Assembly: GCA_030697705.1 (NCBI GenBank)
Contig: JAUYPE010000017.1
Span: 5,066 to 69,065, forward strand
Length of the DNA stretch: 64,000 bases
Direction of reading: 5' to 3'
Source: a bacterium
GTDB lineage: Bacteria > Patescibacteriota > Minisyncoccia > Sungbacterales > HO2-52-23
The notes below the pieces were generated by a model. That model had not been told where the DNA came from, searched no databases, and saw nothing but the letters and a program-made list of their open reading frames with translations. Both the position numbers and the translations under genes were made by a program. This document shows positions 29,624-39,472 of this stretch, one piece after another. How positions within the stretch are numbered: position 1 is the stretch's first letter; every line of letters begins with the position of its first letter.

Positions 29624-30994
29624 CTATCCTCTTTCCCCGCCTTTTTCAATCAATTGCTCAACCTTTTGTTTTGCTTCTTCCAGAAGCTCTTTTGCTTTTA
29701 TGCGCGCCTCATGCGATTGCCTCACCAATTCAGCGATTTTTTGTTGAGCCGCTCTTGGTAAAATGGGAATAAGAATATCTTTTATACTCTCTTTTGGTAC
29801 GGCGGTGAGAATAGTGCCAGCACAGCGTTGTGTAAGCTGATTTTGCACAATGAAACTTTTTGCAATAACAAGCAGAACTTCCGGCAGAACTTCATCGCTT
29901 CTGAATTGAAAAAATCCGGTTGATGCCAGATACCCCTCTTGCTCTTGAGTGACAAGAGCAACTTTTCCCAGTGAACCCTCAACACTAGAGACGATTACAT
30001 CGCCCGCTTTCAATACTCTTTTTGCTCTGCTTGGAGCTTCTTTTCCTAAAACTTTCGTAAAGCCGTCAATTGTCCCGATAGCAGAATTAATATTGGAAAG
30101 CTCAACATAGTTAAAAGATTTATCGGGTTGCACCAGTGTATTAAACTTTGCAAGTACATTATCAAATACTTCCTCCAGCGAACTTGCTTTGTCTGACCTT
30201 AGTTTTGCAAGGAGTTTTTTATATTTCGGTTGAAAGTATTCAGCATCCATCCGGTGTGCATTCTCTATGTCCGAGAAATTGATAATGCTGTACAAATCCC
30301 CATCCGTCGTGAAATCCTTTAACCCCAGCTCCTCCAAAAGCAACTGTTCGGCTTGAGTGTAAAGAGATTTTGAATTCTCTAATTCATGGAGAAAATATTT
30401 GTATGTATCCCCTATTTGTTGTGTTACTTTCTGATCAAAAATAGGGATTTTGAACTTTTTAATCTGTCCAAGAAAGATATTTGCCTGAACGCTACTTACT
30501 ATCTCTCGTTGTGTTTGTAGTAAACCATATTTTGAATTGAGAAATGCGGTCAGATAATAAGGTGACATGGTGTCAAGCGGAGTAATTTTAGCGATAGCTT
30601 GATTGGCATTCGCGCTTCGTGGAAGGTTATGTGCTATTGCCGCGTTTCCGATTGTTCCCGCCATAGTGAGTAAAACTTGACCATTGTTGACTTTTGATTT
30701 TTTTAATATCTCATTAACTTTCTCGCTGATGTACTTTACACTGCTCAAATCAATATATCCGTCATGAACATCACCCACATTTATGTATGGTACGCCTGAC
30801 TCTTGCCATTCAATATGACTAGTAAGCGAGTACGCCCCAAAACTGATAACCGATTTTGAAATTTGCTCTAAGGTTTTTGTTTCTAGCATGGTAAATTTTT
30901 GCTCCAAAGCCAAATACTCCGGCTGATAATACTCCGCATCCAGCCGGTGCGCTCCCTCAAGTTGCGATTTTTGGATTATAGAGAAAGTTGCCAT
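29624..30994 (-). CDS. Restriction-modification specificity subunit (two TRDs)
   Basis: Duplicated RLDAEYYQP/RMDAEYFQP, GTIG, YLTAFLNS, Q.KIA repeats; start set at MATFS. Confidence 0.88.
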   Translation of the reverse strand: MATFSIIQKSQLEGAHRLDAEYYQPEYLALEQKFTMLETKTLEQISKSVISFGAYSLTSHIEWQESGVPYINVGDVHDGYIDLSSVKYISEKVNEILKKSKVNNGQVLLTMAGTIGNAAIAHNLPRSANANQAIAKITPLDTMSPYYLTAFLNSKYGLLQTQREIVSSVQANIFLGQIKKFKIPIFDQKVTQQIGDTYKYFLHELENSKSLYTQAEQLLLEELGLKDFTTDGDLYSIINFSDIENAHRMDAEYFQPKYKKLLAKLRSDKASSLEEVFDNVLAKFNTLVQPDKSFNYVELSNINSAIGTIDGFTKVLGKEAPSRAKRVLKAGDVIVSSVEGSLGKVALVTQEQEGYLASTGFFQFRSDEVLPEVLLVIAKSFIVQNQLTQRCAGTILTAVPKESIKDILIPILPRAAQQKIAELVRQSHEARIKAKELLEEAKQKVEQLIEKGGERG

Positions 30995-31079
30995 ACATGT
31001 GTGGATAACCCAGTATTGTTGAGTTTTTGTTGGTAGTGTGCTATGTTTAACTTGGTATATCGGAAGAGGGCGTCGACCG

Positions 31080-31889
31080 TTAGGACGATGGCCCTTTTTC
31101 ATTTGTCTCTAGGGATATAGGCAATCTTTGTTGTATGTCACCATCTACAAAGATATTGAATTTATAGTTTTTAAATCCTTGCGTAAAGTCAGAAACGCCC
31201 ACATTCTTCTTAAAATGTTCAAGAAATCTTCGTTTATATTTATCACCGCGCTGAATCATTCCGGTCTTAAATTTCAAGTCATACGATATCGCTCCAATCA
31301 TAAGATCAGCGATTTGAAGCAGATCATTTGATTTTGAGTCAAAACGCGCCACTCCTGCGATGGATAAGCGACTAAGAGCATCATTGATTTTTCTTTTCAC
31401 ATTCACTTCAAATTTTACATCACGAGGTACTGTTACATGATCAGCAATGACGATTGCGATTTCATTTTGCGCGATATTTGACTTGATAAGCCGAATGGTT
31501 ATATCCTCATACGCTTGCCAAGGATTGCCACCAAATTCCCTCTGAAAATAATTCCCTTGTTTATCAAGTGTATATGAGCAGAAATTGAATCCTTCCGTAG
31601 CAAAAAAAGCGTTTATGGCAAAGACAGCGAAATTAAAATTTTTGTCCGAGAGCTTGTTAAATTTAAGCTCATCATAAAATTGTCGTTTGCTCCTCTCATA
31701 AACGGTCTTGCTTTGAAGATAGTATGGCTGTGAGCATTTGATAGCGCCCACGGTAAAAAACGCCTCCGTCCGATTACTCAAACTTCCGCTCTCATCAAGG
31801 AAAAAGAACTTTGACCAGATGCTTTTATAATCGGCGAGCGCAAGATCTCCTCCTTTCTTATCTTTATGAAAAATTTTATCAAACATCAT
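31080..31889 (-). CDS. DUF3800 family protein (predicted RNase H-like fold)
   Basis: FFLDESG at the N-terminus and DSK...LLQIADL.IG at the C-terminus. Confidence 0.85.
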   Translation of the reverse strand: MMFDKIFHKDKKGGDLALADYKSIWSKFFFLDESGSLSNRTEAFFTVGAIKCSQPYYLQSKTVYERSKRQFYDELKFNKLSDKNFNFAVFAINAFFATEGFNFCSYTLDKQGNYFQREFGGNPWQAYEDITIRLIKSNIAQNEIAIVIADHVTVPRDVKFEVNVKRKINDALSRLSIAGVARFDSKSNDLLQIADLMIGAISYDLKFKTGMIQRGDKYKRRFLEHFKKNVGVSDFTQGFKNYKFNIFVDGDIQQRLPISLETNEKGPSS

Positions 31890-31899
31890 GATAGTGCAG

Positions 31900-33852
31900 T
31901 CAAAAACTAAACTTTTGCTCTTTTATAAACTTTAAAAATCCGTCGGCGATGTTGTCCAAGTCGCTGTCTAGTATCTTCTTGCCCCTTCCGTCATGAGCGT
32001 AATTTCCAATTGCGTCTTTCTTGTACATATAATCGCCGGAGTTGTCTTTGCCGCCCTTTTTAGACACAGCCATAAAAATCGGATAGTCCTTTTGCGGCTC
32101 ACCAGCTTCTCCGCCCCATTTCTGCAAAAACAGCACGCTCGTTTTTGTGCCGGTGTGAGGCTTGAATGTATTGCCGTGCAATCCGACCACAGCCAGTATC
32201 CGCGCCTTGTCAAAAAGATACTCGCGGATACTCTCCATATTGGTGTTATTAAGCACGCCCTGCGGAAGCACGATTGCCATTCTGCCGCCCGGGCGGATCA
32301 TATCAAGCGTGCGTTCAATGAAAAGAATATGCCGCTCGGCTTTGTTTACCAGTTTGCCTTTTTTCTTGCCGAAAAAATACTGGCGCAAGATGCCATGGTC
32401 TTTAATCTCGCCCGCAAACGGAGGATTGGTGAGCAGTATGTCAAAATTGAGATAGTGAAATGTTTTTTTATTTTCTTCATTGTCTGCGGTGGAGCCCATA
32501 TCAAACAATCTTTTCTGGAGTTCTGATCGCGCATAAAGCAGATGGCCGTCTTCTCCCTGCCATTCTCGGGAATCAAGGGAGTTGAGCTTAAACAGATGCG
32601 ATCTGCCATCTCCGGCGATAAGCATAAGCGCGCGGGATGTTTTGGAAATTTCGTCCGCAAAATCAATACCCCAGATATTTTTTTGAGCATATTCGCGCAT
32701 CGCCTCATCCGAGCCGCGCAAGTGCCTATCCTTGACGGAATACATCGCGCTGATGAGAAATCCGCCGGAGCCAGCCGCCGGATCTATGACATATTCGTCC
32801 GGTTTAGGATCAAGCATTTTGACGGCCATATTGATGACATGGCGCGGGGTGAAATACTGACCTTTCTTGCCTTTGGCAACTTCGGGTATGAGGTACTCAA
32901 ATGCCTCGTCAATGATTGAGAGATCGGAGCCGAACAGACGGGTTCGTTCAAGCTCTCCGACTACAACGGAAAGATGATCGGGAGACAAGCTGATGTTTTC
33001 CTGCTCGTAGAATGTGCCGGGCCATTTTTTGATAGCTTTTTTAAACAGGTCGTTGATGGTGTTGTATGTTTTTCCCGGATCGCGATATTTGCGAAAAAAG
33101 ATTTCTTTGTCCGGACGCACAAGCGCCTCCGACTCATCATAGAGCTTGGCGTACACAAGTTTGAACACCTCATTGAAAACATCAACGCCCGCGTTTGCAA
33201 GGACAAGCTCCTGCATGGAGTCAATGACTTCTTTGAGATTGATTTTCGTGTTTGTATGTTCAAAGTAGGTTTTCTTTGCTTCCAGAAGGTCATCAATGGT
33301 CTGATCCGATCTCGGAAGATCGGGAAGAGTGTCATTGAACTCGCGTGGGTAAAAACGATACAAGATGACGCGCTTGATGCCGTTTCCCCATACACCAATC
33401 TCCGCGCCCTCGGCGTTTAAATAACCTTTCATCTGCTCAATGCCTTTGCTCTCGGTGGGCGCTTTTACCTCCACAAGAATATAGGGGGTGATTTTGTCCG
33501 GCTTATAAACAACGATATCAACGGCTTTACTGTGAATTTCACGCCCGAAATGAATATCTTTTTCCGTATCCATTCGGTCAAACGGATAGTGATAGTGCTT
33601 ATTGAGCTTAGAGAGCCAAAGTTGGCGGACGATTTCTTCCGGCTTGCCGGTATTTTTCTTTTCATCAAAAACGAACCGAAGCTTGCCCGACTTCAAATCT
33701 TTAATGTAATAACGATCTTTTTCTTCTTCGGTAATGTGTAAAACATCATGAATAGCAATTCCCTCAAACTCTCTCAAGCCAAATGCCATTTCAGAGTCCC
33801 TGAAAATCTTTGTGATAATCTCTTCTGTTCTGTTTGGTTTTTTGGTGGGCAT
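31900..33852 (-). CDS. Fused restriction endonuclease (HSDR_N-like PD-(D/E)XK) and N6-adenine methyltransferase
   Basis: PEEIVRQ, VDIVVY..LVEVK; GQYFTPR, DPAAGSGGF (motif I), NPPF (motif IV). Confidence 0.92.
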   Translation of the reverse strand: MPTKKPNRTEEIITKIFRDSEMAFGLREFEGIAIHDVLHITEEEKDRYYIKDLKSGKLRFVFDEKKNTGKPEEIVRQLWLSKLNKHYHYPFDRMDTEKDIHFGREIHSKAVDIVVYKPDKITPYILVEVKAPTESKGIEQMKGYLNAEGAEIGVWGNGIKRVILYRFYPREFNDTLPDLPRSDQTIDDLLEAKKTYFEHTNTKINLKEVIDSMQELVLANAGVDVFNEVFKLVYAKLYDESEALVRPDKEIFFRKYRDPGKTYNTINDLFKKAIKKWPGTFYEQENISLSPDHLSVVVGELERTRLFGSDLSIIDEAFEYLIPEVAKGKKGQYFTPRHVINMAVKMLDPKPDEYVIDPAAGSGGFLISAMYSVKDRHLRGSDEAMREYAQKNIWGIDFADEISKTSRALMLIAGDGRSHLFKLNSLDSREWQGEDGHLLYARSELQKRLFDMGSTADNEENKKTFHYLNFDILLTNPPFAGEIKDHGILRQYFFGKKKGKLVNKAERHILFIERTLDMIRPGGRMAIVLPQGVLNNTNMESIREYLFDKARILAVVGLHGNTFKPHTGTKTSVLFLQKWGGEAGEPQKDYPIFMAVSKKGGKDNSGDYMYKKDAIGNYAHDGRGKKILDSDLDNIADGFLKFIKEQKFSF

Positions 33853-33855
33853 AGA

Positions 33856-34500
33856 TTATTTTATTGGTTTCCAGTAGTTGTTCTTTAAAACCGAAACCAC
33901 TTTACCTTTGAGCTCTACATCATCAGTAAAAAGGATATTATTATATTTTGGATTTTCCGGTTTGAGATACACATACGGGGGCTTATCATCAGACATAAAT
34001 CGTTTTATCGTACTGTCATCCCCGATCTGCGCATAGACAATCTCACCCGATATAAACTCTTTCTTTGTTTGCACTAAGACAGCATCACCATCATCAATGC
34101 CTGCGTTGATCATAGAATCGCCTAAAACTTTAAGAATGAATAGATCCTCATCCAAGCGAGAAATCTCCTTTGAGAGCGTTTTCCATTCTCCGGAAATCTC
34201 AAACGATTGAATGGGAGTGCCCGCGCTCGTAACTCCAAGGAACGCCGCGAGAGGCGGTTGGTCAAGGACATTATACCCTGTCCGTAATATGGCAAGCCCG
34301 CGCGCCGCCGTCTCATTGCGCCTTATCAATCCCGCTCGCTTGAGTTTCTCTAAAAGGTCCATCACCGACTGATTGGAAGAAACGCCAAGACGCTCCCGCA
34401 TCTCTTCAAATGTGGGTGGGTATCCCGTATCTCTCGTGTACTCGTATATAATACTTAAGAGCTCTTTTTGCCTCTTGGTAATGATCTTCTCCATCACCAT
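33856..34500 (-). CDS. lexA: LexA-family repressor
   Basis: T.RQ.E.L..I.....GYPPT..E winged HTH, AG cleavage site, GDSM, TIKR. Confidence 0.9.
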   Translation of the reverse strand: MVMEKIITKRQKELLSIIYEYTRDTGYPPTFEEMRERLGVSSNQSVMDLLEKLKRAGLIRRNETAARGLAILRTGYNVLDQPPLAAFLGVTSAGTPIQSFEISGEWKTLSKEISRLDEDLFILKVLGDSMINAGIDDGDAVLVQTKKEFISGEIVYAQIGDDSTIKRFMSDDKPPYVYLKPENPKYNNILFTDDVELKGKVVSVLKNNYWKPIK

Positions 34501-34510
34501 TAGTGTACCC

Positions 34511-34564
34511 GACCATATGTTCTGGATGCAAATAGATGTCTGTGGATAAGTTCCACATAAGTTC
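34511..34564. promoter_or_regulatory. Candidate LexA operators
   Basis: GACC-ATAT-GTTC (34511-34522, one mismatch to GAAC-N4-GTTC) and GTTC-N7-GTTC (34550-34564), directly upstream of lexA. Confidence 0.4.
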
Positions 34565-34783
34565 GGAAGAAAATGGCGTTAGAATTTCCAATCAAGTAGT
34601 TGGCGAAGGTGAACGAGCCGCTGGAATTATTCACTGCAATGATTGTCATGAATAAGGCGTTGGTGGTATTCTTAACCGAGAGGCGGTAGTTCTCTTTATA
34701 TCGTATCGCCTGTGAAGTAAAGAAATAAAAGGTCGAAACATGTTATCTGCATTATAAACTTTACCGTAATTCTAGAACAAATC

Positions 34784-35671
34784 ATGAAAAAAATAATTAT
34801 CAGCTTGAGTGTGATCGCGGCGATAGCCGCAGTTGCGGTGGGTGCGACCACGGCGTTCTTCTCGGATACCGAGACCTCGCGAGGCAACACCTTTACCGCA
34901 GGAGCGATTGACTTAAAGATTGACAGCAGATGCCACTGGAGCGGCGGGGACACGGGATCAACGACGTGTCCGTGGGAGAGTGCGAATTGGCAAGAAACCG
35001 ATCTGGGAACTCAGAAATTCTTCAGCTTCAATGATATCAAGCCGGGTGACTGGGGAGAGAACACTATCAGCATCCATGTCCACGACAATGACGCATGGGG
35101 ATCGTGGGGCATTGCAAACGCAACGAGCAGTGAGGGCACTTGCACCGAACCTGAAACGGAAACGCAGGCATTGGGAACTACTCCGTGCGTGGAAAACGCC
35201 ACGCCGGGTCAGCTTAGAGCGGGCATGACCGGTAAGGCGTGGCTTGATCAGGGAAGTACTCCGGGATTTCAGTGCAATGATCCGAATGGTGATACGACAA
35301 CAGCCGGTGCGGGATGCCTTCGTGATCCGTTTGAGGGAGATAATGTGTGGCAACAACAATCTGAACCGGTAATCGCGAGCACTGTGGCTCCCCAGTCATT
35401 CTTTGATGTTTTCACGAATATTGATCTGGCAGGACCCCTTGCGGCAGAGGCGAGCGCAAAATGCGAGGCGGCGGCGGTAGACGGACACGATGACTACGGA
35501 CCATGCCACGGCCTTGCACGGGATGGTCGTTTGGTAGGGAGCGTTACTTATTACATCGGCTGGAAGTGGCATCTTGATCCCAGTACCGGAAATGAAGCGC
35601 AAACCGACACGCTTGGCGGCGATGTGTGGTTTAAAGCCGAACAGCACCGCAATAATCCCGGTCCCACCTAA
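34784..35671 (+). CDS. TasA/camelysin-like protein with SipW-cognate signal peptide
   Basis: MKKII...GATTA-FFSDTETS.GNTFTAG.IDL; DIKPGD.GE; NEAQTD..GD..F.AEQ.RNN. Confidence 0.88.
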   Translation: MKKIIISLSVIAAIAAVAVGATTAFFSDTETSRGNTFTAGAIDLKIDSRCHWSGGDTGSTTCPWESANWQETDLGTQKFFSFNDIKPGDWGENTISIHVHDNDAWGSWGIANATSSEGTCTEPETETQALGTTPCVENATPGQLRAGMTGKAWLDQGSTPGFQCNDPNGDTTTAGAGCLRDPFEGDNVWQQQSEPVIASTVAPQSFFDVFTNIDLAGPLAAEASAKCEAAAVDGHDDYGPCHGLARDGRLVGSVTYYIGWKWHLDPSTGNEAQTDTLGGDVWFKAEQHRNNPGPT

Positions 35672-35742
35672 CGACGATCTTCGTCTTTGACGTAAACTAA
35701 CCTTCTCTTGGTTCTTATCAGAGCGGAGAGAAGATATGTCTC

Positions 35743-36537
35743 ATGAAAAAGATCATTTTTAGTTTGGGCGTGATCGGCGCGGTTGCCGTTATGGCGGTTG
35801 GGGGTACCGTTGCGTTTTTTAACGACACGGAGACCTCACAGGGTAATGTCTTTATAGCCGGATCCGTGGATCTGCAGGTGGACAGCTTCGGCGCGTCTTA
35901 CAATGGCGAGGATATTGAGACGCCCGGCTCGGCGTGGACCTCCCGAAATTTGACGAACCAGAAATTCTTTTCGTTTGACGACATTAAGCCCGGGGACTAT
36001 GGCATGCGTCACATCAGCGTACATGTGGACGGCAATCCTGCGTGGGCGTGCCTCCTCGTAACGAACAAAGAGGACGAAGAGAATGATCTGAACGATGCGG
36101 AGCATGACGCGGGAGATACCACACCGGATAGGGGCGAGCTCTCGCGCTACCTGCATGCCTTCGGCTGGCAGGACGATGACTCTGACGGAAGGTATGATCC
36201 GCACCATGGCGAAAAGGCGCTCAAAATCCACAACGATCCCGATGCGGACTTTAACTCGTTCTTTGATGTCTTCTATGATCTTGACATAGCCGACTCGCAG
36301 TCCAGCACCGATCCGCTTCCGCCAAATGGCCCGGCAACGACGCGCAATATCGCGGTTGCGTGGTGCGCGGGCGTGCAGTCGGTCAATCATCAGACGGGAG
36401 TAATCTCCTGCGACGGCTCCGATGTGCGGGATGATGCGCAGTCCGACTCGTTCAGTGCCGACGTGGTGCTCTACGGAGAACAGGTGCGCAATAATCCGAA
36501 TTTCAGGTGTGCGGACGTCCTCCTGCCTCCGCTCTAA
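35743..36537 (+). CDS. Second TasA-like protein with SipW-cognate signal peptide
   Basis: GGTVA-FFNDTETS.GN.F.AG.VDL; DIKPGD; DAQSD...D....EQ.RNN; paralogue of the previous gene. Confidence 0.88.
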   Translation: MKKIIFSLGVIGAVAVMAVGGTVAFFNDTETSQGNVFIAGSVDLQVDSFGASYNGEDIETPGSAWTSRNLTNQKFFSFDDIKPGDYGMRHISVHVDGNPAWACLLVTNKEDEENDLNDAEHDAGDTTPDRGELSRYLHAFGWQDDDSDGRYDPHHGEKALKIHNDPDADFNSFFDVFYDLDIADSQSSTDPLPPNGPATTRNIAVAWCAGVQSVNHQTGVISCDGSDVRDDAQSDSFSADVVLYGEQVRNNPNFRCADVLLPPL

Positions 36538-36650
36538 TGTTAAGAAGAGTAACTCCACAAGATATGCGCTAAGACCTTTCACTCCCCCTCTCCGCTTGTG
36601 ACGGAGGGAGGGAGCACAGAGAGCTTATCACACAGGAGGTCTTGATTTTT

Positions 36651-37187
36651 ATGGACACAAAAAAAATTGCCATCACCAGTTATTATGTGTTTGTCAGCGT
36701 ACTCGGCATCGTGGGAGTTTTGGTTGTCGTTTCGGCTTTCCCGATTACCGGTAATTTTAAGATTATGGCGGTGTTGTCCGGCTCTATGGAGCCGGCTATT
36801 CGGACCGGCAGTATTGTCGTCGTGCGTCCCAGTACCAGCTATTCCATTGGCAATATTGTTACCTTCACCGGAACAAGTGGGGGGAAAAGCATCCCGATCA
36901 CGCATCGGGTGATGGAAATACGAGTGGATCGGGGCGTGCCTTCATATATAACTAAAGGAGACGCGAATAATGCGCCCGACGCACGGCTCGTTGCGCACCG
37001 AGAGATTATCGGGGGGTTGGTATTTTCTGTTCCCTATCTTGGCTATGGGGTGGAGACCGCGCGAAAGCCCTACGGTCTTGCGGCACTGATTCTGCTTCCC
37101 GCGGCATTGATCATCATTGACCAGGCGGGAAGAATTAAAAAAGAACTTGCCAGGTTACGACGCGAAAAAGAAGAAAAAACCATCTGA
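36651..37187 (+). CDS. sipW: SipW-type (ER/archaeal-type, Ser-His) signal peptidase I
   Basis: VLSGSMEP, ITHR, TKGDANN..D, VPYLGY. Confidence 0.92.
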   Translation: MDTKKIAITSYYVFVSVLGIVGVLVVVSAFPITGNFKIMAVLSGSMEPAIRTGSIVVVRPSTSYSIGNIVTFTGTSGGKSIPITHRVMEIRVDRGVPSYITKGDANNAPDARLVAHREIIGGLVFSVPYLGYGVETARKPYGLAALILLPAALIIIDQAGRIKKELARLRREKEEKTI

Positions 37188-37189
37188 AC

Positions 37190-39463
37190 ATGAAAACGAA
37201 AAGTTTTTTTCCAAAAATAACGGCGCTCGCCCTTATCCTCACGCTTAACGCGGGCGGGATTTTGACGGTCGGCTCCACGCTCGCGTTTTTTAACGATGCC
37301 GAGACAGCGGGTGATAGTTTGTTTGTGGCGGGAATACTTAATTTTTCCCTCGCTTCTGATGAATGGACTCCTGTTGATAGTGCCGGGGCGCTCAAATCAG
37401 GAGATATGATAACGCGGCATATGAGCATTCTGGCGGGTGACAGTATTCCCTTTCAATATCGGATCAGAACAATAAAAACATCGGGAGATGATGCGTTTTG
37501 CGGCGCACTGCACATGGTTGCGAGCCGTGGGGCTGTTTCGTTGTATGACGGCGTGCTGATGGATTTTGATCTCACGCCTCCGGTAGAAATTGAGGGAGAC
37601 GGACAGGATGATTGGTCGTTTAAGATGAGTATGCCGACCAGTGCTGGCTCCTTTGTCGGGAAAACATGCGAATTTCGCTTTGTCGTGGACGGATGGCAGG
37701 TGGAGTTTCCCGACGGGACAGGCGGATTCAGCGACCGAGAGGCGCTTGAAAATATTCTTGAGAGCGATGATACGGCTCGAGAAGACGGCGGGCAAAACAT
37801 TTCAGCGCTGGAGGACTCATACGGCGAACAGGAGCATCCGGATGACACGAATGGAACTGCGGGCGACCTGCGGGTAAAATCACAATCGGGCGGGAAGAAT
37901 AAACGCGCCTTCGTCCGCTTTGATTTCCCTTTTCCCGACGGGACGGCAATTCAGTCGGCGGCATTAAAAATGTTCATGGATGATGCGCCTTCCGCGTCGC
38001 GGACGTATGCGGTCGCCCGAACGCTCTCGCCATGGACTGAAGCGAGTATTTCGTGGAACAATCAGCCGGGAACATCCAGTCCCATGAGCGCATCGGCGGT
38101 AACCGGAATTACCGATGATCAATGGCTTGCGTGGGATGTCAAAGATGACGCGAGCGCATTTGTGGCGGGTACGGCTACCAATTATGGATGGACCGTATTT
38201 GACGCGATGGAGAGTTCGGCAACCGCCCGTGAGGGAAAGTTCAGCTCAAGTGAAAATAGCCATCAAGACAAGCGACCGGTGCTGGAGGTCGCATTCAGCG
38301 CACCCCCCGCAACCACATCGCATATCGTCATAAACGAAGTATACGCCGATGTGGGAGACGGAAGGGGTTCCGAAGGGACGAATGAGTGGGTTGAGCTCTA
38401 TAACCCGACGGAGTCGGCTGTTGACATCAAGGATTGGCAGGTGTGCGATGCGGCATCGTGCGATTCGTTTGCAACAACTTCATCCTCAATCATGCTTCCG
38501 AGCCGCGGATTCGCAGTGGTGACGGCTGGTACCTCCACCTGGCAACATTGGGTGCTTCCCGAAGGAGCGATACGGATCGTTCTTGGCGCGAACATCGGCG
38601 GTGGACTCGCAAATCCCGGAGATGCGGTTATTTTGAAGAATGCCTCCAGCGCCGAAATTGACGCGATGAGCTACGGGACCGACACCTCAAAATTAAATCC
38701 TGCAGTTCCCGTTTCAGGCGAGGGCAACTCACTTGCGCGAATCGTAAAGGGATACGACGCAGAATTGGCAAACGACTGGATTATCAATGCGACGGCAAAT
38801 CCGGGAACCAATCCATCCGAGGATGGTACCAGTGAGGTCATGCGCTTCACGAGCCGCGGTAGTGAAGTTGCGGCCGGTGAGAACGGCTTGCCCGCTCTGG
38901 ACACTACGGCGATTCCCGACGAACCGGAAAAACAGATTCTGAAAGAAGAGCCACCGCCTGAAGTTAAGAAGGATGGAGAAGAAACGGAGGACGCCGGGGT
39001 AAGAGATGCGATTAACACCGATGGGGAGCCGGCGTCCTCCCATGCGGCACCAACCGATGGAGATGAATTGCCGCTTATGGTACCGTCAGAAGAAGATCAA
39101 GCAACCACGATGGTGGTTGTTGAATCACACGACGCTGCGACGACAACCTTGTTGATTCTTGAAGGAGAGCTACAATCAACGCCTGTGGAGGAGCGTGTGC
39201 CTGCCGATACAGAGACACCTCACGCCGACGGGACGGAACAAGATATCGTACCGGAACCGGATGGGGTAAATCACAGCAACATGGGTGAGAGTCAAATTTT
39301 ACCTCCGGCGACCATCCCGGAAGTTACGAATGAAAACGCCCTACTGCCAGCGGAAAATAAGCCCGCTGGTGGCGGTGATGGAGGGGGTGATCCGACCACT
39401 CCCGCGGGCGGCGAGGAAGTACCGTTGCCCACACCCATTGCCGACAACGCGGTATTGCAATAA
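37190..39463 (+). CDS. SipW-substrate surface protein: TasA-like N-terminus, DNRLRE-like domain, lamin-tail domain, acidic Pro-rich tail
   Basis: TLA-FFNDAET...F.AG; RAFVRFD..W.E.SISWNNQP..NYG..FSS.E..RP.L; VINEV..EWVELYNPT...GLAN.GD. Confidence 0.8.
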   Translation: MKTKSFFPKITALALILTLNAGGILTVGSTLAFFNDAETAGDSLFVAGILNFSLASDEWTPVDSAGALKSGDMITRHMSILAGDSIPFQYRIRTIKTSGDDAFCGALHMVASRGAVSLYDGVLMDFDLTPPVEIEGDGQDDWSFKMSMPTSAGSFVGKTCEFRFVVDGWQVEFPDGTGGFSDREALENILESDDTAREDGGQNISALEDSYGEQEHPDDTNGTAGDLRVKSQSGGKNKRAFVRFDFPFPDGTAIQSAALKMFMDDAPSASRTYAVARTLSPWTEASISWNNQPGTSSPMSASAVTGITDDQWLAWDVKDDASAFVAGTATNYGWTVFDAMESSATAREGKFSSSENSHQDKRPVLEVAFSAPPATTSHIVINEVYADVGDGRGSEGTNEWVELYNPTESAVDIKDWQVCDAASCDSFATTSSSIMLPSRGFAVVTAGTSTWQHWVLPEGAIRIVLGANIGGGLANPGDAVILKNASSAEIDAMSYGTDTSKLNPAVPVSGEGNSLARIVKGYDAELANDWIINATANPGTNPSEDGTSEVMRFTSRGSEVAAGENGLPALDTTAIPDEPEKQILKEEPPPEVKKDGEETEDAGVRDAINTDGEPASSHAAPTDGDELPLMVPSEEDQATTMVVVESHDAATTTLLILEGELQSTPVEERVPADTETPHADGTEQDIVPEPDGVNHSNMGESQILPPATIPEVTNENALLPAENKPAGGGDGGGDPTTPAGGEEVPLPTPIADNAVLQ

Positions 39464-39472
39464 AAGAATATA

